64,000 nucleotides of DNA. It comes from Phycisphaerae bacterium. Lineage in GTDB: Bacteria; Planctomycetota; Phycisphaerae; UBA1845. The notes under the pieces are model-generated. The model was not told the DNA's origin and did no database searches. It was given only the letters and a program-made list of their open reading frames with translations. A program made the translations under genes and the position numbers. Position 1 is the first letter of the stretch. Each line of letters opens with the position of its first letter. The stretch spans positions 2,080,001-2,144,000 of the forward strand of contig CAXXGO010000006.1 of the NCBI GenBank assembly GCA_963666835.2. Direction: 5' to 3'. This document shows positions 1-12,539 of this stretch, one piece after another.

Positions 1-398
1 AATACATCGACGGGCGCGAATTGACGGTGGGTATTCTCGATGACCGGGCGCTTCCGGTCTGCGAGATTCGCACCCGCCGCGAGTTCTACGACTATCAGGC
101 CAAGTACGTGGACGATGACACCGAATATGTCTTTGACCTCGATTTCCCTGCCGCTTTCCTGGAGCGCGTGCAGGCGATGAGCCTGCAAGCCCATCAGGCG
201 CTGGGGTGTCAGGTTTTTTCACGGGTGGACTGGATGGTCGATGCGGCCACCATGGAGCCGTACGTTTTGGAGATTAATACGATCCCCGGGTTCACGAGCC
301 ACTCGCTGCTGCCCAAGGCTGCCGCCCGGGTGGGCTTTAGTTTCGACCGGCTCTGCCAACGGATCGTCGAACTCTCTCTGGCGAAGCCCGGCGGCTGA
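1..398 (+). CDS. ddl: D-alanine--D-alanine ligase, C-terminal part (5' end is outside the window)
   Basis: Motifs EYIDGRELTVGIL, FYDYQAKY, SRVDW and LEINTIPGFTSHSLLPKAA; the frame is open from the window start. Confidence 0.95.
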   Translation, partial: YIDGRELTVGILDDRALPVCEIRTRREFYDYQAKYVDDDTEYVFDLDFPAAFLERVQAMSLQAHQALGCQVFSRVDWMVDAATMEPYVLEINTIPGFTSHSLLPKAAARVGFSFDRLCQRIVELSLAKPGG

Positions 399-506
399 AC
401 CTCCGGGCTGCGACCGCACAACGGTACGTCTGGCGTCGAAGCTCTTGCGGCGCAGCAGGTCGAGCAGGACCGGGCGACAGAGTCAACTGGATAAGGCGAC
501 GCCCTT

Positions 507-1391
507 ATGGGTGCTACCAAGAAGAAACGGCGAAAACGGAAGGCCCAGGGCTCCGGCTGGTGGGGTTCGTTAGATGAGGACCGCCGCCGCCGGGTATGGC
601 TCGGGGGCGGAGTGTTCCTTCTGGCTCTGGCGGTGATGAGTGTCATGGTAGTGGCCTTCGATCGCGTGGAGGTCTACGTCAATCGATCGCTCCTGGGACG
701 TAGCGAACCGGTGCTGGTGTTTGCGGATCTGCCGTCTGATCTGGAGAGTCTGGCCGAGGGCGATCTCCGCGAAAGCGTCGCGGATCTTCTGGAACGCCGG
801 TGGACGGACGATCGTCTGTGCCGGGAGATGGCCGAGCGGCTTTCCACCGTGGGGTGGGTCGCGCGCGTTCATCATGTTCGCCGGACGGGCGACGCGCGCT
901 TCGAAGTGAGTTGCCGGTATCGTATGCCCTTTGCAATGGTCCAAAGGGACAATCAGTTCTTTTTGGTCGATGCGGAGGCCGAACGCCTGCCCGGCGTGTA
1001 TCGCTATGACCCGTCGTGGCAGCTTGTGCAAGGGGTTGCCGCGCCACCGCCGCCGCCGGGGGCTAAGTGGGTCGGGGACGACCTGGAAGCCAGCTTGAAC
1101 GTAATCGACGAACTGTCGCGCGAGGCGTTCGCCCATCAGATAACTGCGGTGCTGGTGGGGAACTACTCCGGCCGGCACGACCCGCACGCCGCGCATCTGG
1201 AACTGGCGACGGATCAAGCCGGGGGGCGAATCCGCTGGGGCTCGGCTCCGGGAGATGAGGTGGAAGAGAACCTGGTGGGACAGAAGCTGGCAATCCTCAG
1301 AGAGAACTACCGCCGTACCGGGAGAGTTGACGCCAACCACTCGATCATCGACATTTCCGTGTTCCCGGACAGATTCACCATCCCCGGCTGA
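507..1391 (+). CDS. FtsQ/DivIB-like cell division protein
   Basis: Basic N-terminal tail, one TM segment, POTRA-like segment (LSTVGWVARVHHVRR...FEVSCRYRMPFAMV), C-terminal IIDIS; lies directly downstream of ddl as in dcw clusters. Confidence 0.65.
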   Translation: MGATKKKRRKRKAQGSGWWGSLDEDRRRRVWLGGGVFLLALAVMSVMVVAFDRVEVYVNRSLLGRSEPVLVFADLPSDLESLAEGDLRESVADLLERRWTDDRLCREMAERLSTVGWVARVHHVRRTGDARFEVSCRYRMPFAMVQRDNQFFLVDAEAERLPGVYRYDPSWQLVQGVAAPPPPPGAKWVGDDLEASLNVIDELSREAFAHQITAVLVGNYSGRHDPHAAHLELATDQAGGRIRWGSAPGDEVEENLVGQKLAILRENYRRTGRVDANHSIIDISVFPDRFTIPG

Positions 1392-1555
1392 CGTGGATGG
1401 TTCGCGATTTGTGCTGCGAACACAAGAGTCAGCGTGGCTGAATCTGGGGTCGGTTGCGGACGAGACGTGGGGCGGGCCACACCGGAGCGGACGGAATATT
1501 GCAGTCGGCTCCCCGAATATGTGGTAGAATCAGGAAAACTTAAACAGGTGATGCC

Positions 1556-2386
1556 ATGACTGATCTAAGTCCAATCGTTGAGCACGTGCGTGATTTTGTG
1601 GTCCACAGCGTTCCTCCCGGAATGCAGGAGCGGGCCGTCGTGGTTGCGGCGGTCTTCCTGGCCGTGGGGATTGGCCTCAGTGTTCTCGGAGCGAAGCTGG
1701 CCCGCCCGGTTCTGACGGTCTTTGTCGCGTCGGTGGGTGGCTTAGCCGGCGTGTTCTTCGCGCGGAATGCGGGGTTTCACGAGCCTGTCGGGCAGGTTAT
1801 CGGCGGGGCGGTCGGCATGGCGATGTTTGGAACGGTCGCCCTGTTGACTTTCCGGATCTGGGTGGGAGTGATAACGGCCCTCGTCCTCTCGACAATTGCG
1901 CTGGGGTCGTTCGGCTACGACCGCCTGGCGCCGCATGTGGCCGAATTCGAAGGGGTCGTGAAATCCTCTACGGTTGATGGGGGGCAGAAGTACGTGATCC
2001 CGACGCCAGCCGAGCAGCAGTCTTATCGTGATAGAACGCCGGGCCAGTGGGCTCAGGAGTTCTGGACCTTTGCCACCGGCAAGGATGCTAACCTTGGCGT
2101 CCACAGCAGATTAGTGGGTACCGGCGCGCTGGCTATCGGTCTGTTCCTCGGGGTGGTCGCGATGCGATGGATGTTGATCCTCTCGACGTCCGCCGCGGGA
2201 ACTTTGCTGGTAACGTCGGGGGTGGCCACGCTGGTTGCCCATGCCGTGCCCGGTTCTTATCAGGCGTTCGCCCGCCATCCGGGCATTCTCGGAATGGGGA
2301 TCGGGGCTTTCATGGTGACGTCGCTGATCCTCCAGACGCTGCTGACCCGCAAAGCGCCGGCGGAAAAGGCGGAAGCCGCCGTCTAG
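1556..2386 (+). CDS. Multi-pass membrane protein (DUF4203/TMEM198-like)
   Basis: About 7 Gly-rich hydrophobic segments; GAKLARPV and ILSTSAAGTLLV patterns. Confidence 0.6.
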   Translation: MTDLSPIVEHVRDFVVHSVPPGMQERAVVVAAVFLAVGIGLSVLGAKLARPVLTVFVASVGGLAGVFFARNAGFHEPVGQVIGGAVGMAMFGTVALLTFRIWVGVITALVLSTIALGSFGYDRLAPHVAEFEGVVKSSTVDGGQKYVIPTPAEQQSYRDRTPGQWAQEFWTFATGKDANLGVHSRLVGTGALAIGLFLGVVAMRWMLILSTSAAGTLLVTSGVATLVAHAVPGSYQAFARHPGILGMGIGAFMVTSLILQTLLTRKAPAEKAEAAV

Positions 2387-2449
2387 GTGCCTGGCCGTTC
2401 GGTCCGAGCCATTGCCGTGTCACCTACGGTGTCTCGAGTTGGCTGCTTG

Positions 2450-2875
2450 TCATGTGGTGCGCCCGGAGTTTCGCGTGAGACCGTTGTACCTCACTTCCTC
2501 GCGCATCCAGATTGTCAGATCCTCTTTCGTCATGGTGTGCTCCGCTACCTGAAGAATGTCGCGCTCAAGCCCTTCCGGGGACGGCAGCATCTGAGCCTTG
2601 TTTACGTCCAGAAACACCAACGCCGCGAGGGCGGCGGTTCTCTTGTTACCATCGTAGAACGGTTGGTTCTGTGAGATATGGAACACATAGGCGGTAGCCA
2701 TACCGGGCAGATCTGCGTGAAGATACTCTCCACCGAACTGCTGCCGGGGCATCATCACCGCTGATTCGAGGAGGCCGTGATCGCGGATTCCGCTTGCCCC
2801 CCCTTCATGCTCGATAACATCATCGTGAATAACGAGAACGTCATCGACACTAAGAAACCGGGGCGGCTCCATCAC
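2450..2875 (-). CDS. Doc/Fic family type II toxin (variant motif)
   Basis: GIRDHGLLESAV and NQPFYDGNKRTA; start overlaps the antitoxin stop. Confidence 0.92.
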   Translation of the reverse strand: MMEPPRFLSVDDVLVIHDDVIEHEGGASGIRDHGLLESAVMMPRQQFGGEYLHADLPGMATAYVFHISQNQPFYDGNKRTAALAALVFLDVNKAQMLPSPEGLERDILQVAEHTMTKEDLTIWMREEVRYNGLTRNSGRTT

Positions 2876-3099
2876 TCGGCCAGCTTCTTGAGCATCTCGC
2901 CGTAGCGTGGTCGCAGCTTCGCGATTGCCTCTTCCACGCGCTGTTGCCCGATGCCGACATCCACCGGAGTGATGATGAGGCTGCCGCCGCTGACAATCAC
3001 CTGGAATTCCGTGTCCTTGTCAGCCCCAAGTGCGTCCAGCAGAGGCTTCTCGATGACCAACGCTTGGCTGTTGCCGTGCTTCTGCAGAGTCTTCACCAT
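2872..3099 (-). CDS. AbrB/MazE/SpoVT family antitoxin
   Basis: MVKTLQKHGNSQALVI swapped-hairpin signature; 75 aa; immediately upstream of the Doc gene. Confidence 0.9.
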   Translation of the reverse strand: MVKTLQKHGNSQALVIEKPLLDALGADKDTEFQVIVSGGSLIITPVDVGIGQQRVEEAIAKLRPRYGEMLKKLAE

Positions 3100-3110
3100 G
3101 CCGAATCTCC

Positions 3111-3131
3111 TGTTGTAACTATGTTACAACA
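3111..3131. promoter_or_regulatory. Probable autoregulatory operator of the TA operon
   Basis: Perfect inverted repeat TGTTGTAAC-tat-GTTACAACA, 12 bp upstream of the antitoxin start. Confidence 0.75.
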
Positions 3132-3444
3132 TTCTCGTCGCGGAGGCAAACGGCGTTCGGGTGACACGGTCTCTCCGGGCCGATTGGATTCGCCTTTCTG
3201 TTGATTTCTTGTGGTTATATCGGCCTTGATTGCACTATGAGTGGATTCGCCCCCGGTAGCGTCATGTGGTAAAGAAGGCCAGCACGTACGGCGGCAATGT
3301 CCGAATCGAGTCTGCGTCCGCCAGAGCGATGATCGACGCGTTGTGGGAGTCTGCAAGCTCAGCTTGCTGCTTGTGTTGACTCCATTCCCGGGCATCCCTG
3401 TTTCTCGGACCTCCTCGTGCTACCCGATTGGCGACCCCTGTGAT

Positions 3445-3520
3445 TCAGGTCCGGCTTTGCCCGACACCTCGCGGGGTTGGCTTACGTTTGCAGTTCGGCG
3501 TCGGGCGGATCCCGACCCAC
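3445..3520. repeat. REPIN-like element, copy 1 (inverted REP doublet)
   Basis: aggtccggctttgcccgacacc...ggcgtcgggcggatcccgacccac; similar along its length to 3733-3810. Confidence 0.7.
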
Positions 3521-3732
3521 CGGCCTGGCATATCGGTCCGAAAGACAGGGCCACCCCCCAGGGCGGGGGTGACTTTGGGGGCGGAGCCTCACCCAGTTTC
3601 GCGTCCGTCACTCCAACCTCAGGAATATTCCGCAAGCGGCGATATCTTAGATTACGGGGGAGCCCGCTAATCGGCGCGCCGCTTCGATCATGACGCGCGG
3701 GGGAGGGGGCGGAAGACAGTGCGCTGAAGCCA

Positions 3733-3810
3733 AGGAGGTCGGGCTATGCCCGACACCTCCCGGGGTTTGTTTGCCCTTTACAGTCTGGCGTCGGGCAGAA
3801 CGCGACCTAC
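3733..3810. repeat. REPIN-like element, copy 2
   Basis: GGAG-gtcgggc-tat-gcccgac on the + strand and GTAG-gtcgcgttctgcccgac on the - strand, separated by a short spacer. Confidence 0.72.
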
Positions 3811-3842
3811 CGAACTGGTTTCGCTGGTATGGAGACTCTGGA

Positions 3843-4454
3843 ATGGCCTTCACCGTGGGGGATTGGATGACGTTTCTTCAGGGGGCGGATACGTTGATCG
3901 GCCTTCCGCTGCTGGTAGCCGGGGCGGCGCTGATGGTAGCCGGATGGCGTTTGTGGAAGGTCTGCGTCGTGCTGTCCTTTGGCTTGATCGGAGCCGGTCT
4001 CGGCCAACGCCTCGCCGGCAGCGCTGATGGAAGTAGTTACTATGCGTTGGTCGCGGGGGTTGTCCTCGGCGTATTGAGCTACTTTCCTGCGCGGCAGAGT
4101 GTTGCGGTCTTGGGTGGGTTGATCGGAACGGCGTTGGCGATGTACGTTCTTGCGGACGCCGGTTTGAATGGTGCTCCGCTATGGCTCGTCGGTGCGGCGG
4201 TGTTCCTGTGCTGTACGGCGATGGCGTACACCAACCGAAAGACGGTCGTGGTGGCGGTGACGGCAGTATTGGGAGCGGCATTGCTGATGTCCGGGATATC
4301 CGTCCTCATCATGATGTCCCCGTCGATGTACGCGCAGCTCAGCTCCATTGCGGCTGCTAGCAGCCTGGTTGGGGCGTTCTTCTTGCTGGTTCCAGCGGTG
4401 GTAAGTTACTTTGTGCAGGCCGGTGAAATGCGGCGGCTGGACGTCGAAATCTAA
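3843..4454 (+). CDS. Multi-pass membrane protein (DUF4203-like)
   Basis: GWRLWK motif, about 7 TM segments, VTAVLGAALL; ATG at 3843 follows GGAG. Confidence 0.65.
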   Translation: MAFTVGDWMTFLQGADTLIGLPLLVAGAALMVAGWRLWKVCVVLSFGLIGAGLGQRLAGSADGSSYYALVAGVVLGVLSYFPARQSVAVLGGLIGTALAMYVLADAGLNGAPLWLVGAAVFLCCTAMAYTNRKTVVVAVTAVLGAALLMSGISVLIMMSPSMYAQLSSIAAASSLVGAFFLLVPAVVSYFVQAGEMRRLDVEI

Positions 4455-4547
4455 TCACACGGCGAACCGGCGCCGGGCGAGTCCCAAGACCGTGCGTTTC
4501 CTTCGGGGCGGCCGAGCGAGCTTGCGAACCTCGTTATCGCAGGCAAG

Positions 4548-5513
4548 TCACGGCATCAATGCCCGAACATGTCGTCCGGCGCGCTCGAATTCCGAGTCCG
4601 TTTCATCTTCGGGCATCTTGGCGGCTTCACCGCCGCCCATCCACTCCTTAGCGAAAGTACCGTCGCGGACGTCCTCGAGGATCTGCTTCATGGCGCTGCG
4701 GCCGGATTCGCCGACCAGCTTCGGCCCGCGGGTCAAACCGCCGTACTCGGCCGTGTTGGAGATACGCTGTCGCATGCCGGCCAAGCCGTGCTCGTACACC
4801 AAGTCTGCCACTTGCTTGAGTTCGTGGACACATTCTAGGTACGCAAGCTCCGGTTCGTAGCCGGCATCCACGAGCGTTTCGAAGGCCGCCTTCATGAGTG
4901 AGACGACTCCGCCGCACAGAACGGTTTGTTCGCCGAACAGGTCGGTTTCCGTTTCATCTTCGAAAGTAGTCTCGATGACTCCCGCTCGGGCCGATCCAAT
5001 GCCGACGCACCATGCCAGGGCGATTCTCTTAGCGTAACCGGTCGCATCGCGGTGGATGGCAAACAGGGCTGGAATGCCCTTCCCTTCGACAAACGAAGAG
5101 CGCAGCAAGGTCCCCGGGCCCTTCGGGGCGACCAAAACGACGTCGATTTCGTCCGGCGGTTTGATGAAGCCGTACCGGATGTTGAAGCCGTGGAGGAACC
5201 CGACGGCCACACCCGGATTGAGCGCGGGGGCGATTTCTCTCTCGAAGACTGCTGGAGCGGCTTCGTCGGGTAGGGCGATGATGACGACATCGGCGGCACC
5301 GGCCGCCTCCCCAACGGGGAGCGGGTCGAACCCGTCAACCTTAGCGTTGTCGAAACTAGCTCCCGGGCGTTGTCCCACGATGGTCTTGGCGCCGGAATCG
5401 CGCAAGTTGAGTGCGTGGGCTTTCCCCTGATTGCCATAGCCGATCACCGCTACACGCGTGTTCACGAAGGCTTGCAGATTCAGGTCTTTTTCTCGATAGA
5501 CTGTCAACGCCAT
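4548..5513 (-). CDS. ilvC: Ketol-acid reductoisomerase (short, class I)
   Basis: VAVIGYGNQGKAHALNLRDSG, VAPKGPG, ETETDLFGEQTVLCGG, ISNTAEYG. Confidence 0.98.
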   Translation of the reverse strand: MALTVYREKDLNLQAFVNTRVAVIGYGNQGKAHALNLRDSGAKTIVGQRPGASFDNAKVDGFDPLPVGEAAGAADVVIIALPDEAAPAVFEREIAPALNPGVAVGFLHGFNIRYGFIKPPDEIDVVLVAPKGPGTLLRSSFVEGKGIPALFAIHRDATGYAKRIALAWCVGIGSARAGVIETTFEDETETDLFGEQTVLCGGVVSLMKAAFETLVDAGYEPELAYLECVHELKQVADLVYEHGLAGMRQRISNTAEYGGLTRGPKLVGESGRSAMKQILEDVRDGTFAKEWMGGGEAAKMPEDETDSEFERAGRHVRALMP

Positions 5514-7058
5514 GTTGAGCTACTCCGGTTAAGCCTATGCGTTTGGTGCGAATGGACCATGTCCCACGAGCCCGCGAAACGAGCCGCACGTTGCGTTTGA
5601 GCGCCCGTTGATCATAATACCCGCGTCACAACACTGCTAGTCTACTCCAGAGCGACCAGACGATGAAGCCCAACAGGGACACTTTTCACGAACGCCTCCT
5701 CGCTGCATTGGAGTCCGAGGACGACTCGGCTCTGATCGCCGAACTCGCTGAGGTTCGGGCGGCTGATATCGGTGAGTCGTTTGAGGTGCTCGATGACGAG
5801 GAACGGTCGCGGATCCTGTTCGCTCTTCCTCCGCACACGGCGGCCGAGATGGTCATTATCCTCGATGAGGCCGTCCGGGGCGACGTTTTCGAGGAGATGG
5901 ACACCGAATCTCTCACCGAGATTCTGGTGGAGCTTCCACCGGACGATGCCGTAGATATGCTCGGCGAGCTCTCCGACGAGGCGAGCGAGGAGATCCTCGA
6001 GCAGATGCCGGATGAGGTGGCCGACCGGCTCGAGGAGTTGCTGGGATACGATGAGGAGACCGCCGGCGGGATTATGACGCCGGACATTGTCGCGGTGCCG
6101 GCTTCGGCAAGCGTTGCGGATGCGGTCGAACACGTTCGTCAGGCGAGCCAGCAGGAGGATCTGAACGAGGTTTTCGTTGTCGACGCCGCTCATAAACTGG
6201 TCGGTGTTGTTCCGCTACGCCGTCTGGTGACCAACCCGCCTTCTACCAAGCTCGGTGACATCTGCGATTGTGACCCTGTCACCGTTATGGTTGATGACGA
6301 CCAGGAGACCGTGGTTCAAGCCATCCGGAAGTATGATGTTATGGAGGCCGCGGTGCTAGCTGCTGACGGGCGCTTGGTAGGTCGGATCACGCACGATGAC
6401 CTGCTCGACGTTGCGGAAGAAGAGGCGGCTGAGGACCTTCTGCGAATGGCCGGTACGGATACGTCCGAGCTGGAAACCAGCTCCGTATTTCAGGCGGCTC
6501 GCATTCGCTTAACCTGGCTGCTCCCCTGCATGTTCGGGATGCTGTTGACGGCCGCCGTGCTCCAGATCGCCGAGCCGAAGTTCGACATAGCCCTGTTTGG
6601 CGCCTTGGCTCTGTTCGTACCGATGATCGGAGCCACCGGCGGCAATACCGGCATTCAGATTACCACTGTCATTGTGCGCGGCTTCGCTACGGGAGAGCTT
6701 GCCTCTACCAAGTTGGTCAGGGCTTTGGTTCGTGAGGGACGCATTGCTCTTACCATGGCTCCGGTCTGCGGGTTGTTGGCTTGGGGGCTTGTCACGATGT
6801 TCTTCCCCATCTTCGCCTGGATGGGCGTGGAAGCGGGCGGGCTTGCTGATCCGGCGCGCGTGGCCCAGGCAGTGGGGATCGCCATGACTCTGGCCATCCT
6901 GGTGGCCGGCTTCCTTGGGATTGCTCTGCCGTTCTCGTTCAGACGTCTTGGGGTGGATCCGGCCGTGTCGTCCGGACCGCTCGTTACCACCGTCAACGAT
7001 GTCGTATCTGTTACGATCTACATGACGGTTGCTGCGATGATCGTCGCGCAGAAAGCGG

Positions 7059-9935
<2,877 letters not shown>

Positions 9936-10228
9936 TCAAACACCGTCCTAACCATGGCAGTAGACACCCTTCCGCACTGGCGAGTTTAGCCTGAATGAGC
10001 AGAATTCAGTGCCTGCGCAATCACTCTTCTTGACCCGGTACGTGGCCGGCCGTCAATGCTGTGACGAATACGGATAATGTAACCTGCTAACGTCACCGGT
10101 CCAATCGGCTTTTTGTGTGTCCGACACTCGCGACGCCGCGGACAAGGCAACTTGAGGCACGCGATTCTCCTTCAGTAGGCCTGCTCAGACTGCCGACAGT
10201 GATCGAGTGGGGACGGTGTAGGTTCCGC

Positions 10229-10257
10229 TTGACAGGCTTGCCCCTGCACAATAGCGT
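10229..10257 (+). promoter_or_regulatory. Putative sigma70 promoter of the lipoprotein gene
   Basis: TTGACA-17 bp-TAGCGT upstream of the AAGGAG RBS and ATG at 10302. Confidence 0.55.
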
Positions 10258-10301
10258 CCCGGTCGACAAGGAATACACTCTCTTTAAGAGAAGGAGCTCT
10301 C

Positions 10302-10889
10302 ATGCGTAAGCTAACTACCCTCTCCGTGATGTTGTGCTGTCTGTTCGCGATTACTACGGGATGCAAGGCCCCCGCTCCGGTGGTACCGGATGAACCGTAC
10401 ACCGCCTCCAACAACCCCACGACGCTCGCCGGTCGTGGCGCGCCGGATCTCGAGGACGACAAGAGGCCGGCCGCGTGGGTGTTCATCGACGGGATCGGCG
10501 GGCACTTCATCGACGTTGAAGGACGTCCTCAGGTGCAGTGGGTAATCGACGGCAAGGTCTGCTCGACCCCGACCTTCCAGGTGGAGGTGTACGAGGACTT
10601 GCTCGGCAAGGCCACCGATTTCAAATGCGTTCTCAAGAGTTTGGACACCGACGACGGTCCCGGCGAGACGTACTTCGGGATTGCCGCCAAGGAAGGACGC
10701 TTCTCGGCCGGCAAGGAATACTCCCTTGTCGCTCCCGGGGAGGATTTCGTCGTTCGAGATGCGACCCATACCGAGATCAACGAGATCGGACCGCTGGCGC
10801 CCGGTGAGTATATGCTGGCTGCAGGGGTCAAGAACGGCGAAACCGGCAAAGAGGCCCTCGCTATAACCTACTTCACTGTAGGAAGATGA
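10302..10889 (+). CDS. Hypothetical lipoprotein
   Basis: Signal peptide ending ITTG|C; strong RBS; beta-rich mature part. Confidence 0.75.
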   Translation: MRKLTTLSVMLCCLFAITTGCKAPAPVVPDEPYTASNNPTTLAGRGAPDLEDDKRPAAWVFIDGIGGHFIDVEGRPQVQWVIDGKVCSTPTFQVEVYEDLLGKATDFKCVLKSLDTDDGPGETYFGIAAKEGRFSAGKEYSLVAPGEDFVVRDATHTEINEIGPLAPGEYMLAAGVKNGETGKEALAITYFTVGR

Positions 10890-10920
10890 CCGTCGGCACC
10901 GGCTGACGGCAATAACGTGA

Positions 10921-10946
10921 CCCCGCCCCCGCTATCGGGGGCGGGG
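10921..10946. terminator. GC-rich hairpin between convergent genes
   Basis: ccccgccccc-gctatc-gggggcgggg; no clear U-tract. Confidence 0.5.
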
Positions 10947-11085
10947 AGACCTGCGCCCAGGGCGTTATCGCACGTAGAGGCTCGGGTCCACTCCACGTCC
11001 TATCTCTACACTGCTCAAGAGCAGTGGCACGCGCGAGGATCTAGGTGTGACGTGGCGAGGTGATGCTACGTTAGCGCGGCGACAA

Positions 11086-11613
11086 TCAGTCGTCGTGCTC
11101 ATCATCATCCGCCTCATCGAAGCCGTCCATCGGCTCGATGGCCGGTCCGAAGGCAATCAAGTAGCCCTCGAGCACGCGGACGACCTTCCCGCGGAATTCG
11201 CTTCGCTCCAGCTCCACACAATCTTCCGTATCCATCGTGGTGGAGAAGACGTGCCCCCCGTCGGCCTCGCGGTCGTGTGTGACAGTCGGATCGGGCCAGT
11301 CCAAGCCGGCTTCGGCGAAGGTTCCGCCTAAGTAGGCTTCGATTGTCGTCTCGGCGTCACTTACGGACTGCACAAACTCCTCCCCGACCTCTGGACTCTG
11401 CGTTCGGAAGGACACGGCCACCTGGGGCACGGTGGGCCGTACGGTGACCTCGAACCAGCAGTTATTACCGGCGTCGAAGCGGAGCGTGGATTCTCCTTCG
11501 GTTTCGCCTTCGCTACGCATTGCCGGTCCGTAACGATCATCGGCCTCGACGATGCCCTCCACGTATTCCAAGAAGGCTGCGACCAACTCGTAATCATCCT
11601 CGGAAAGTGTCAT
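11086..11613 (-). CDS. Hypothetical acidic protein
   Basis: 175-aa ORF with a GGAG RBS; overlaps the upstream kinase gene. Confidence 0.7.
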   Translation of the reverse strand: MTLSEDDYELVAAFLEYVEGIVEADDRYGPAMRSEGETEGESTLRFDAGNNCWFEVTVRPTVPQVAVSFRTQSPEVGEEFVQSVSDAETTIEAYLGGTFAEAGLDWPDPTVTHDREADGGHVFSTTMDTEDCVELERSEFRGKVVRVLEGYLIAFGPAIEPMDGFDEADDDEHDD

Positions 11614-12409
11614 CTTGTGTCACTCCAGTCGTTTCTTGAGGGTCAACACGTCCTCTTTCACGGCCCTGCCGCCGAGGGTCGATCCGATCGAGAATCAAAC
11701 GGCGCACGCGCGTGAAGGGTAGGGTAACAAACCGGTGCATGCGAACATACCACGGACGGCGATAGGATGCCGCAAGCTGTTCCGCCGTAAGCTGATCCGG
11801 ACGGGTGCGGCGTTGCAGTTTGAGCAGATGGTAGCGGTCGCCCGCCTGAAACCACGCTCGTAAACGCCGCATCGGCCAAAGCTCACCGCCCCATTTCAGC
11901 GGAACGTACCAACAGATCTGAAAGTCGAACAAATGCGGTTGCCCGTCATCTCCGACCAGCACGTTTTCGCATTTTTCCAGGTCGACGTACGCCATGTCCC
12001 GCTGGTGGATTCGGTCGATCAGGGTCCGCAGTTGTTCGTGGAAATCGTCCGGAACCTGCTCGCCCTTGGCCAGCGGGTGCCCCTCCACGAATTCCCGAAC
12101 GATGCCCGTGGAGCCCCAGGGACCGATGAGCTGCGGCACGCCGTCGACGTCGGCCAATCTCTGAAACGCTCCTTCCTCTCGCCGGGCGAGGAACCGCCCG
12201 ACCCAGCCCAAAGGGACCAGCAGGAAGCTCGCTTGGCGGTTGACTTTGAGCAGCACCTTGCCCGGGGCACCCTCGTACAGGGCGGTGATCGCGAAGAAGT
12301 CGTTTTTGAAGACCTCTCGCTGGGTGTAGGACTCTCCGCCCACGTCAATCTCGGCAGGGAGGGGCTTACGCCCGAGGGCTTTCAAGCTGGAGGGGACTTG
12401 CCTCGCCAA
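11594..12409 (-). CDS. Kinase-like protein (RIO/Kdo-like atypical kinase fold)
   Basis: KVLLKV, VREFVEG, YVDLEKCENVLV catalytic loop, LFDFQ. Confidence 0.75.
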   Translation of the reverse strand: MARQVPSSLKALGRKPLPAEIDVGGESYTQREVFKNDFFAITALYEGAPGKVLLKVNRQASFLLVPLGWVGRFLARREEGAFQRLADVDGVPQLIGPWGSTGIVREFVEGHPLAKGEQVPDDFHEQLRTLIDRIHQRDMAYVDLEKCENVLVGDDGQPHLFDFQICWYVPLKWGGELWPMRRLRAWFQAGDRYHLLKLQRRTRPDQLTAEQLAASYRRPWYVRMHRFVTLPFTRVRRLILDRIDPRRQGRERGRVDPQETTGVTQDDTFRG

Positions 12410-12539
12410 AGTCGCGGTCTTTCGCAGGCTCAGAAATCAGCACCGATTACAATTGGCGGGATTGTAGCGGGGAGCCGGAGCGTGTCCAATTAGGCCCACG
12501 CGGTTGACCTGTTGGTGCCGGGGGAGCGTAGTAGTGAAT

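Noticed and set aside
3241..3440. Possible gene remnant upstream of the TA operon
   Set aside because: Only a short open stretch on the minus strand, with no start or recognisable motif
3445..3810. Tandem riboswitch (ZTP or c-di-GMP-like)
   Set aside because: Conserved ligand-binding and pseudoknot nucleotides were not found; terminal GTAG/GGAG palindromes indicate REP doublets
3690..3842. N-terminal extension of the DUF4203-like ORF
   Set aside because: It runs through the REPIN; ATG 3843 with an RBS is the more plausible start
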